In this document: positions 19,157 to 27,004 of the stretch, piece after piece | Layout of the letters: each line of letters starts with the position of its first letter | Position numbering within the stretch: the first letter of the stretch is position 1 | Origin: Synechocystis sp. PCC 6803 substr. PCC-P | GTDB lineage: Bacteria > Cyanobacteriota > Cyanobacteriia > Cyanobacteriales > Microcystaceae | Length of the DNA: 32,000 nt | Assembly (NCBI RefSeq): GCF_000284455.1 | Contig: NC_017039.1 | Location: 1,440,001-1,472,000, forward strand | Direction of reading: 5' to 3' | The notes under the pieces: model-generated | Seen by the model: the letters and a program-made list of their open reading frames with translations, nothing else | The model's database searches: none | What the model was told of the DNA's origin: nothing | Made by a program: the position numbers and the translations under genes

Positions 19157-19663
19157 TCAATCCTCTCCTATTTCTTCTCCAATGCAGGTTCCACTACCAA
19201 ATAATAAATATTGATGAATTGAATTGGAAGCAATTACACTGCCACTGGCTTTTGCTAGAAATGTTCTACCTTCAACGTATTCGTCAATGGTTGTTTCTTC
19301 TCCATAAACATCAAAAGTTACAACTTTTTTAGCTCCTGAATAACAACTTAAGTTGTCCGTTAATTTTGGCTGTTTTTTGTTGAAAACTTCCCCTTGATCA
19401 ATCACACACATACCCCCACTAAAATTAACCCAGTGTTGTCCTTCACTGTCGGAAACTTTTATTTCATGGGCGAATTTATATTCATCAGCAAAGGGGCCTT
19501 CCACCACATTTTTACGAAAAATTTCTTCTCCCCCGGAAAAGCATACTAAAACCGGCAGGGTCTGATCTGGGGAGTTAGTATTGGCCACTGCCATCGCGGG
19601 CTGATTTCCCAGCAGGAAAATAGCAATGGGAAGAATAACAAAATAAATAAGTAATTTAATCAA
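19157..19663 (-). CDS. Small secreted Cys-containing protein with internal duplication, unknown function
   Basis: A 168-aa ORF with a signal peptide (MIKLLIYFVILPIAIFLLGNQPAMA). It has two similar halves, each with C[FY]SG ... DEY ... F[SG][GS]G[MT]C[VI]. It is very AT-rich: I counted 19 G+C in 19321..19380. Confidence 0.55.
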   Translation of the reverse strand: MIKLLIYFVILPIAIFLLGNQPAMAVANTNSPDQTLPVLVCFSGGEEIFRKNVVEGPFADEYKFAHEIKVSDSEGQHWVNFSGGMCVIDQGEVFNKKQPKLTDNLSCYSGAKKVVTFDVYGEETTIDEYVEGRTFLAKASGSVIASNSIHQYLLFGSGTCIGEEIGED

Positions 19664-19842
19664 TTTATTTATCCTATAAACTAATAAAAGCTTGGCAACA
19701 ATTGGTTTCCCTGCATTATCCTTGACGCAGGGGCGATATGGCTCAGCGAAATGCCCACGGGGACCAGGGGAGTTAAGCGGAATAAACCGATGATAGCAAT
19801 AATATGAATCGGATTAAATTAGGGCAGAATTTCTAGAAATAA

Positions 19843-21147
19843 TTAGTGGGAAGACTGTAATCTTTTTAAAAAGTAGCCCACTAAATAAAGGGAACCACAG
19901 AGAACAGTCAATTGTTCAGAATTTTCGTTGGTTTTCTCTAAACTTTCCAAGGCTGTAAAACAATCATCAAACAGTGTAACCTCTTTTAAATCCGGCATAA
20001 TCTGCCAGGCTAACTGCTCCAACGTTGGTAAATCCCCGCTGTCATGGTCCGGCACTGGCACTAATAACAGGCGATCGCCGGGACGAAGTAAATGCTGAAA
20101 AATTTGGTCATGTTCCTTGGTGCTGAGCATACCCATCACCCAGGTAATGGTGGGCAGGTAATTATCCGATTGATCAACTAACCCATGGGTATAGTTTGCC
20201 AGAGCTTTGGCCGCCGCCGGATTGTGGGCCCCGTCTAAAAGGATTTTTTGTCCGTTGTAGTCCACCCACTGCAATCGTCCAGGCCAGACAGCTTTACCCA
20301 TGCCCCGTTGGATAACCTCCGGTGTTAATTTATCCCAACCCTGGTGTTTTAATTCCTGCAAAGCGGCGATCGCCAGGGCCGAGTTTTGTAGCTGAAAATC
20401 TCCCAATAGGACCAGGGGATATTCAAAACCTTGCCAACTAGCCCAGGGTTGACCATTTTTTTCCGTGGCAATGGCGGGGGTAACCCAATAATCGGGGCAA
20501 TGTAATTCGGCAATGCGTTCTTGAAAAACTGCCTGCGCTTCTGGGGGAATGTTGCCTAAAAATACTGGCCTCTGGGCTTTGAGAATGCCAGCTTTTTCCC
20601 TGGCAATGTGAGCTACGGTTGGCCCCAAAACCTGCCAATGTTCCCGACTTAAAGAGGTAATAATGCTAAGCAAACAAGGTTCTGGGACGTTGGTAGCATC
20701 CAGTCTGCCCCCCAGCCCCACTTCCATCACCGCGATGTCCACCTCTGCCTGGGCAAAATAAAGCCACACCGCCGCAGTAAACACCTCAAACAAAGTCGGG
20801 CGATCAGAACTATCCGCCGGGGCGATCGCCGTTACTTGTTGCAATGCCCCGATTAAACTAGCGTCATCAATGAAACGGTTATCAAGCCAAACCCTTTCCC
20901 GCCAATCAATTAAATGGGGAGAAGTGTAGCGGCCCACCTTATAGCCCGCTTCCGCCAACACACTGGACAGATAGGCACACACCGATCCCTTGCCATTGGT
21001 GCCCCCCACATGGACATAGGGCACTTTTGCCTGGGGATTGCCCAACTTGGCCAGTAGGCCATGGATGCGCTCCAGACCCAGATTAACGCCGGCGGTTTTA
21101 TAGGGTTCCAGTAGGGTGTTGATATCCATGGCAATTATTGTTGGCAA
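19843..21147 (-). CDS. folC: Bifunctional folylpolyglutamate synthase / dihydrofolate synthase
   Basis: A 434-aa ORF with the Mur-ligase-type P-loop HVGGTNGKGS and overall FolC-like organisation. Confidence 0.88.
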   Translation of the reverse strand: MPTIIAMDINTLLEPYKTAGVNLGLERIHGLLAKLGNPQAKVPYVHVGGTNGKGSVCAYLSSVLAEAGYKVGRYTSPHLIDWRERVWLDNRFIDDASLIGALQQVTAIAPADSSDRPTLFEVFTAAVWLYFAQAEVDIAVMEVGLGGRLDATNVPEPCLLSIITSLSREHWQVLGPTVAHIAREKAGILKAQRPVFLGNIPPEAQAVFQERIAELHCPDYWVTPAIATEKNGQPWASWQGFEYPLVLLGDFQLQNSALAIAALQELKHQGWDKLTPEVIQRGMGKAVWPGRLQWVDYNGQKILLDGAHNPAAAKALANYTHGLVDQSDNYLPTITWVMGMLSTKEHDQIFQHLLRPGDRLLLVPVPDHDSGDLPTLEQLAWQIMPDLKEVTLFDDCFTALESLEKTNENSEQLTVLCGSLYLVGYFLKRLQSSH

Positions 21148-21163
21148 AATTCAGTTGATGCAT

Positions 21164-22273
21164 TTAAACCGATGCGGTTACTTTGGTCTCGGTTAAATCG
21201 GGGACATTTTTCGGCAATGGACAGGCGATCGTCTCACCACCGTTGTAGCCCACTAGGGTTGTTTCCCCTTGGTAATGGCGGGGAGTTTCCAGTAACATTT
21301 TCCAGGCTTCTTTGGCAGTCAACAAATTCATCTGCCCAGGATAATGGGTTTGTAGCAAATCCTGCACTAAAGGATAATAATCGGAATTTACGTCGGGAAA
21401 TAAGTGGTGCTCTGTGTGGTAAGAAAAATTAAAATGTAAGCAATCAAATAACTTGGGCATCCGCAAAGAAACACTATTAACCAAAGGATCATTAATATCC
21501 GTCATCGGGCAAGCCAAATGGTTGGTGTAGATATAAAACATGCCCATAGCATGACCCAGGAAAATCGGCAAAAAGTAGCCTAAAATAATGGGAATCAATT
21601 GGAATTGCAGGTAAAACAAAATGCTTAAATGCACTGCCCCTATGGCTGCTAATTCCAACCAAATTCTTTGGCGGTCTTGGGCTTTAACCGTAAAAGCAGC
21701 CGGAACAAAATCGGCGTTACCACCAGTGAAGAAAAGTACGGAAATCAGGTTACGAAAATTATGTACACCCCAGGCAGTACCCATGCCAAAAATTAACCAA
21801 AGGGTATTAACTTCTCCCGAGGGAGCAAACAGGTGATGAATCCATTTTCCCCAAGTTTTCGGCTGTTCGTGCAGATAATTTCGGTCAGGGTCCCGCAAAC
21901 TATTGGTGTTATTATGATGAACTTGATTATGGAGCGATCGCCATTGACTAGGGGGCATCCACCAGAGGGAAAGACCTAATAAACTAATCAGGTAAGAAAT
22001 TTTAGAACGTTTTTTGAGCACACTACCGTGCATCAGGTCGTGGCTACCGAATAAAAATACGGTGACGCTATTACCCATTAATAGGGCCATGGGCAAAAAT
22101 AACCAAAGCCATTGCCCAGGCCACTGATGGAGATGACGAGCGATGGTTAGTCCCGCAACATAAATACCTAGGTTTAAACCTAAAATAACTAATTTCTTGG
22201 GATCGGCTTGGAATGCTTCCGGTGGCAAAAGAGGACGGAGTTTTTTAACGTATTCAGATTGAGCAGTGAGCAC
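21164..22273 (-). CDS. Membrane fatty-acid-desaturase-superfamily di-iron protein, substrate unknown
   Basis: A 369-aa ORF (GTG start) with three His boxes, HDLMHG, HNQVHHNN and HTEHHLFP, separated by hydrophobic segments. It ends 16 nt upstream of folC on the same strand. Confidence 0.75.
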   Translation of the reverse strand: MLTAQSEYVKKLRPLLPPEAFQADPKKLVILGLNLGIYVAGLTIARHLHQWPGQWLWLFLPMALLMGNSVTVFLFGSHDLMHGSVLKKRSKISYLISLLGLSLWWMPPSQWRSLHNQVHHNNTNSLRDPDRNYLHEQPKTWGKWIHHLFAPSGEVNTLWLIFGMGTAWGVHNFRNLISVLFFTGGNADFVPAAFTVKAQDRQRIWLELAAIGAVHLSILFYLQFQLIPIILGYFLPIFLGHAMGMFYIYTNHLACPMTDINDPLVNSVSLRMPKLFDCLHFNFSYHTEHHLFPDVNSDYYPLVQDLLQTHYPGQMNLLTAKEAWKMLLETPRHYQGETTLVGYNGGETIACPLPKNVPDLTETKVTASV

Positions 22274-22410
22274 CAGGAATAATCCCTAAAAGTTAAACAA
22301 AGCAATTTCAGTGTAAATGATTTTACCTGTTTTGGGAAAATTCCGAGCTGATGCAAAGTGTTAAGAAAATCTTAACTGCTTCCTTTGGTATATGAAAATA
22401 GTCAAATCTA

Positions 22411-22434
22411 TAGTCATTTCAATTAACGATGAGA
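22411..22434 (+). repeat. Left terminal inverted repeat of the ISY100-like element
   Basis: TAGTCATTTCAATTAACGATGAGA, against the reverse complement of the right end, TAGTAGTTTCAAATAAAGCTGAGA. Confidence 0.8.
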
Positions 22435-22482
22435 GAATTTAATGTAAAATTATGGAGTGTACAAAATGAACAGGTTTAAACA

Positions 22483-22842
22483 ATGGCTTACAGTTTAGAT
22501 TTAAGGCAAAGGGTAGTAGCTTATATAGAAGCTGGAGGAAAAATAACTGAGGCTTCCAAGATATATAAAATAGGAAAAGCCTCGATATACAGATGGTTAA
22601 ATAGAGTAGATTTAAGCCCAACAAAAGTAGAGCGTCGCCATAGGAAATTAGACTGGGAAGCTCTAAAAAAAGACGTAGAAGAAAATCCCGATGCAAGATT
22701 GATAGACAGAGCCAAGAAATTTGGAGTGAGGCCGAGTGCCGTATATTACGCATTAAAGAAAATGAAAATAAACAGAAAAAAAAAGAACTACGTTATCGAG
22801 AAAGAAACCGGGAGGAACGAGTTAAGTACTATAGAATGTTAA
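22483..22842 (+). CDS. IS630-family transposase, N-terminal HTH part (orfA)
   Basis: MAYSLDLRQRVVAYIEAGGKITEASKIYKIGKASIYRWLNR is a typical IS630 HTH N-terminus. The frame runs out 18 codons after the A9 tract. Confidence 0.85.
   Translation: MAYSLDLRQRVVAYIEAGGKITEASKIYKIGKASIYRWLNRVDLSPTKVERRHRKLDWEALKKDVEENPDARLIDRAKKFGVRPSAVYYALKKMKINRKKKNYVIEKETGRNELSTIEC
22779..22785 (+). promoter_or_regulatory. A_AAA_AAG heptamer in the orfA zero frame (candidate -1 frameshift / slippage site) within an A9 tract
   Basis: The A9 run is 22776..22784. The orfA codons there read AGA AAA AAA AAG. A -1 shift continues with GAA CTA CGT..., which is the orfB frame. Confidence 0.5.
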
Positions 22843-23330
22843 GAGAACTAATTAAGCTCTATGGTAGTCAAGCTATAGTTTACATAGATGAATCTGGATT
22901 CGAAGCAATCCAGGCTTGTATTTATGCCTGGTCAAAAAAAGGAAAAAAAGTTTATGGAGATAGACAAGGAAAAAGGGGAGTCAGAGAAAATCTAGTAGCA
23001 GGGAGAAGAAAAGGAAAAAAAGATTTGATTGCGCCGATGGTTTTTACCGGGAGTTTGAATGCAGAAGGCTTTGAAGGATGGTTAAAATTATATTTGCTAC
23101 CCTCCCTCGACATTCCATCAATATTAATAATGGATAATGCTCCTATTCATCGTAAAACTGCCATTAAAGAATTGGCTAAAGAAGCAGGTCATGAAGTTCT
23201 TTTTTTGCCGAAATATTCTCCTGATTTAAATGATATTGAGCATGACTTTAGTGCCTTGAAACGAGCTAGAATGTACGCTCCTATTGACACGTCTCTTGAT
23301 GAAATTATCCGTTCTTACTGTGGCGTTTAG
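22836..23330 (+). CDS. IS630-family transposase, DDE catalytic part (orfB)
   Basis: It contains DDE-region motifs VYIDESGF, LIMDNAPIHR and YSPDLNDIEHDFSALK. This frame is open back to the A tract at 22785 (ELRYRERNREERVKYYR precedes the first Met). Confidence 0.85.
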   Translation: MLRELIKLYGSQAIVYIDESGFEAIQACIYAWSKKGKKVYGDRQGKRGVRENLVAGRRKGKKDLIAPMVFTGSLNAEGFEGWLKLYLLPSLDIPSILIMDNAPIHRKTAIKELAKEAGHEVLFLPKYSPDLNDIEHDFSALKRARMYAPIDTSLDEIIRSYCGV

Positions 23331-23332
23331 CG

Positions 23333-23356
23333 TCTCAGCTTTATTTGAAACTACTA
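23333..23356 (-). repeat. Right terminal inverted repeat of the ISY100-like element
   Basis: See the left IR entry. This repeat supplies the TAG stop now used by the Uma2 gene. Confidence 0.8.
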
Positions 23357-23887
23357 TATTTTCATAAAACTAAATTCAATTTCGGCATTTTCTCCCATCA
23401 GTTCCGTTAATAACCATTGGCGATCACCAACTTTTTGGTAATGTTCTACACGATAACAGAATTGATCAATTAATAAGTATTCTTGTAATTTAGGGATAGT
23501 CCGGTAAAAGCCAAATTTCTGATTTTTATCAAAGCCCGCTGCTGAAGTGGAGAGGACTTCGGCAATCAAAGAGGGATTGGTCACCGCCATCTGACTATTA
23601 TCAGTAAACTTTGGCTCTTCCGCAATTACCATCACATCGGGGTAAAAATAACTTTCAGACTCAGCAATCCATAACCTCATATCGCTGACAAAAATTTCAT
23701 ATTGGCGATCGCCAATTTCTAGAGGTAATAAGCGGCTTAAATTAAAGGTTAAGCGATTATGGTTGGCGGAGGCTCCGGCAATGGGAATAATTTCTCCTTG
23801 GATAAACTCACTTTTTTCAGTGGCCTGTTCTTCCCGTTGCAGATACTCAGCCGCTGTTAGGATTTTAGTTGTAGCAACGACCATCAT
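23354..23887 (-). CDS. Uma2-family (DUF820) PD-(D/E)XK endonuclease, 3' end clipped by the IS
   Basis: It has a typical Uma2 pattern (TAAEYLQREEQATEKSEFIQGEII ... YPDVMVI ... IAEVLSTS ... KFGFYRTIPKLQEYLLID). Its stop codon (23354..23356) is formed by the last 3 nt of the IS. Confidence 0.8.
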   Translation of the reverse strand: MMVVATTKILTAAEYLQREEQATEKSEFIQGEIIPIAGASANHNRLTFNLSRLLPLEIGDRQYEIFVSDMRLWIAESESYFYPDVMVIAEEPKFTDNSQMAVTNPSLIAEVLSTSAAGFDKNQKFGFYRTIPKLQEYLLIDQFCYRVEHYQKVGDRQWLLTELMGENAEIEFSFMKI

Positions 23888-23981
23888 TGATCCCCTGTTT
23901 TATTTGGCTGATTCAAGTTTAGCTTTAACTTTTTGTTACTGTTTAATTTCAAAAAATTGTCCATTTAAGCACAGGCATATT

Positions 23982-26294
23982 TTAGGGTAACTTCGTTTTT
24001 GCCTTGCTCCGCCAACTGTGTTCTAGAAGTTTAAACTGCTGACCCAGATAATCTAGGTGGGGTTGTTGCTCTCCATAACGCCAAGCCACATAGGCTGTGG
24101 AAATTTCCACAATTATTTCTACCTGCTCTGGAGTTAGATGTTCCCGCAGGGATTGGGCAAATTCCCCTGGGGTTTGGGCTCGACTTTTGCGAAAACCCCT
24201 TTGCTCCAAGTCATACAGCAAAGTTTGATAAAGCCTAGCCATAGGATGGAGTTGGGCTAAGCGACGATATTGTAACCAACGTTTAGCCTGGGTCCAACCA
24301 AGCCAACCCAGAAAACCAGCGGCGATCGCCAAAATGAGTCCGAGTAAAGCGCCGCCCAAACTAGTGGAAATTAAATTCCAGAACCACCGTAAAACAGTGA
24401 CCAGGAATCCGGTAACAGCAGCCCAGACATTAGCCAGAAAGCCGCTCACCGGAGAAGGCAACCAACCGGCCACCCAACGCCAGATTTGCTGAAGCACGCT
24501 AAAGGTTTCGTTATCTTCGATGGAGGGAGGATAGAGTTCGTGGCCAGGAATGGGGTCGAACATAAACCAACCCAGCCGGGGGAAAAGTACCTCCGTCAAG
24601 GCGTAGGCATCGGTATTATGGACCAAATAATAACCAGTGAAAGGGTTAAACTGTCCGGGAGCAAAGCCCACGGTTAATCGAGCGGGAATGTCTAAACTCC
24701 GCAACATAATGGTCAACACTGTAGCAAAGTGGTCCGGCAACCCCCCTTCGTATTCAAACAAAAAGGCGCTGACCAAATCTTCATCGTCTTCAAAAAATGG
24801 TAAATCAGTGCGAATGCGGTAATTTTGCTTGAGAGCTTGGGTTAGGTAGAGGGAAATTTCATAGGGGGTTTCTAGGGGCCGTTCTGATTTAGCTAACAGT
24901 TCTTGCGCTTTAACCCGCACCGCCGATTTGATATCGGGGGGAACTTGGAGCAATTGGGGGTCAATTTTCACTTCCGGGGGAATGCGGTACTCCTGCAACC
25001 TAGTGCGATCTCGCACCGGCACTTCTGAAATCACTGTGTAGGTAATGTCTTTTAGCAAACCCACCGGCGATCGTAAACTGCCATTGCTGTCTATGCCAAC
25101 TTCCCTGGTGGGAAAGTATAAAAACCGGGGATGGTAAAGACTGGGAATTACGTTGGGTAAATCCTCCACAGCGGTATAGGTTTGCACCACATTTTCCGTT
25201 TCCAGGAAGGAGTCAATGTTATCCAGCACAAAACGATAGGACCACGGCGATCGTTCCACTGTGGTGATCTTCTCGTTATCACTAATTTCCCAACCCTGGC
25301 CCGTATAGCGGTCAAAAGATAACGCTTTCCAAAAACCTGGCGCTTGGGAACGTACCCGCAGAACTAACTGTTTGGTCATTTCCCCCCGTAAATTTTGATT
25401 CATACGGCTGTTGAAACCGTAGTAGAAGGTGTCGTCCACCTGGCCGGGTTCTGAACCATCTCCCTCTCCGCCGGTACCAGTGCCATTTCCTCGACGGTAA
25501 CCAGGGTTGTTGATATCTTGGTTTTGCCCCTCAAAAGTTTGTTGTTGCATTTCCCCAGGACTAGAGACGGGAAAACTTTGCAGTCTATAACCGGGAAAGC
25601 GAGGCATCAGAGCAAAGAGTAACAAACCGAAGGCCAGGGTGACCGCTAACAGAGCGAATAACTTTTTCGGTACTAAGGGGGAATATTCCGTCCGCTCCGA
25701 TCGCCTAGCTTTCTCTGCACTTTTCCAGAACGGTAGGGAAAATGGAATTTCTTCTAGCCCCAAACGAGAACGGTAATCCAACACCAAAGTGGGAATAGCT
25801 ACGGCGAGAAAAAGCAATAACCAGGGGGCAAAAGCGAGAGTTTGGGATAAAGTCCCCGCCACTCCTAAAAGGATGAGCCCAATCACCATGGAATAGCCTA
25901 AATCTTTCCGCTGAGGCAAATCAAAACTGTGCAATACCTGTAGTTGCACCAATAATCCCGCTAGGGCCACCTGGCTAGCATTGAGATTTTCCACCAAGTT
26001 GCCCAAAAAGACAAACAACATGGCCACCATGGCGATCGCCAGCAGAAATTTGAGGGCAATATTCTTCTTTTTTCTTTGACGCCAACTCCACCAAGAGCCA
26101 ATGACACTGAGGGGAATGGCCCATAAACTCCAGGTGGTTTGGGCCGCTACGTCTGTGGCCACAATGCCCACAATCACCATTAACTGCACCAAAATGCGGA
26201 AAACAATCGATTCCTCCGTTTTAGACTCGGGCAAGTTTTGCAGACGGGCTTGCCATTGCTCTAGCCAACGGGCCATGGGGAAGGAGAAAGTCAT
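23982..26294 (-). CDS. TgpA-like polytopic membrane protein with transglutaminase-fold domain and DUF4129-like C-terminus
   Basis: A 770-aa ORF with an N-terminal block of about 6 TM helices. Its central region aligns to the transglutaminase core (FLFEYEGGLPDHFATVLTIMLRSLDIPARLTVGF ... TDAYALTEVLFPRLGWFMFDP). More TM helices and a DUF4129-like tail (TPGEFAQSLREHL...AYVAWRYGEQ) follow. Confidence 0.8.
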   Translation of the reverse strand: MTFSFPMARWLEQWQARLQNLPESKTEESIVFRILVQLMVIVGIVATDVAAQTTWSLWAIPLSVIGSWWSWRQRKKKNIALKFLLAIAMVAMLFVFLGNLVENLNASQVALAGLLVQLQVLHSFDLPQRKDLGYSMVIGLILLGVAGTLSQTLAFAPWLLLFLAVAIPTLVLDYRSRLGLEEIPFSLPFWKSAEKARRSERTEYSPLVPKKLFALLAVTLAFGLLLFALMPRFPGYRLQSFPVSSPGEMQQQTFEGQNQDINNPGYRRGNGTGTGGEGDGSEPGQVDDTFYYGFNSRMNQNLRGEMTKQLVLRVRSQAPGFWKALSFDRYTGQGWEISDNEKITTVERSPWSYRFVLDNIDSFLETENVVQTYTAVEDLPNVIPSLYHPRFLYFPTREVGIDSNGSLRSPVGLLKDITYTVISEVPVRDRTRLQEYRIPPEVKIDPQLLQVPPDIKSAVRVKAQELLAKSERPLETPYEISLYLTQALKQNYRIRTDLPFFEDDEDLVSAFLFEYEGGLPDHFATVLTIMLRSLDIPARLTVGFAPGQFNPFTGYYLVHNTDAYALTEVLFPRLGWFMFDPIPGHELYPPSIEDNETFSVLQQIWRWVAGWLPSPVSGFLANVWAAVTGFLVTVLRWFWNLISTSLGGALLGLILAIAAGFLGWLGWTQAKRWLQYRRLAQLHPMARLYQTLLYDLEQRGFRKSRAQTPGEFAQSLREHLTPEQVEIIVEISTAYVAWRYGEQQPHLDYLGQQFKLLEHSWRSKAKTKLP

Positions 26295-26382
26295 GGATGG
26301 ATAGAAAGGAGTTTGATGTTAACGAAATTGCGTTTTGTGAGACACAAACGAGAGTGATCAAGATTTTGTGTAAAGAGGAGAA

Positions 26383-26727
26383 TTAAAGTGAAAAGCGTTC
26401 AGGAAAAAGAACAGCAAAATGGGAAGCAGCGGCTCGCCAATCTCGTATAGGGCGCTGCCATTTTTTAGTGATGTTTATCATTGCTGAATATGATAGCTTA
26501 AAAACAGAATCTTCACCGGGAAAAACGGATTTTATTTTGATAATCTTGCAAAAAGGGCTATTTAAGGATTCAATCGCATTGGTAGTGTAAATAACGCGGC
26601 TTATCTCCTTAGGATAGTCAAAAATGGAAATGACATGGTCCCAATGACGTAACCAGATTTGACTGATGGCTGGGTAGAAGTTATCCCATTTCTGAGAAAA
26701 AGCATCCAGAGCCGTTTCTGATCCTGA
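26383..26727 (-). pseudogene. C-terminal remnant of an IS256-family (Mutator-type) transposase
   Basis: My own translation of the minus strand gives SGSETALDAFSEKWDNFYPAISQIWLRHWDHVISIFDYPKEISRVIYTTNAIESLNSPFCKIIKIKSVFPGEDSVFKLSYSAMINITKKWQRPIRDWRAAASHFAVLFPERFSL-stop. This matches the conserved IS256 C-terminal block (YP...W...W..l..fF.yP..iR..iYTTNaIEslN ... KkW..pi..W). There is no start codon or N-terminal catalytic region, and an in-frame TAG lies at 26728..26730. Confidence 0.75.
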
Positions 26728-26803
26728 CTAAAAAAAATGGACATTAGAGAAGAGCCAAAAATCAAGGAGAATGTCCCAATGAGTCAAAAACGAAGACGAA
26801 CAT

Positions 26804-27004
26804 TTACAGACGAGAAGATGTGGCAACTCCGGCGACAGTGCCAGCGGCAATTGATGCGCCCCCCATAGCAGTGTCGGTCAAATCACTCAATTCATCCTTT
26901 TTCGACTGATGATTATGAGCTTTTTGTCTTTTCAACTTCTCTATTTCAAGCTCCAGTATTCTTTTTTGCCAAATGAGACGTTCTTTTTCCCTATTACTAC
27001 CCAT
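26804..27004 (-). CDS. Hypothetical small protein (coiled-coil N-terminus, Gly/Ala-rich C-terminus)
   Basis: A 66-aa ORF, MGSNREKERLIWQKRILELEIEKLKRQK...AMGGASIAAGTVAGVATSSRL. A TATAAT hexamer on this strand (complement of 27032..27037) lies about 27 nt upstream of the ATG. I recognise no family, and it sits among IS debris, so it may be spurious. Confidence 0.3.
   Translation of the reverse strand: MGSNREKERLIWQKRILELEIEKLKRQKAHNHQSKKDELSDLTDTAMGGASIAAGTVAGVATSSRL

Larger units (their letters stand above)
22411..23356 (+). mobile_element. ISY100-like insertion sequence (IS630/Tc1-mariner family), ~946 bp, flanked by TA duplication
   Basis: It has 24-bp imperfect terminal inverted repeats (19/24 matches) at 22411..22434 and 23333..23356. 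TA dinucleotides lie at 22409..22410 and 23357..23358. The internal transposase is split into two overlapping ORFs. I recall canonical ISY100 as 947 bp with a 282-aa transposase. Confidence 0.88.

Noticed and set aside
26737-26868. Plus-strand 43-codon ORF (MDIREEPKIKENVPMSQKRRRTFTDEKMW...) as a genuine gene or an IS3-type OrfA.
   Set aside because: Similarity to IS3 OrfA starts is limited to about 10 residues from memory and is lost immediately. I kept it only as context in the IS-debris finding.
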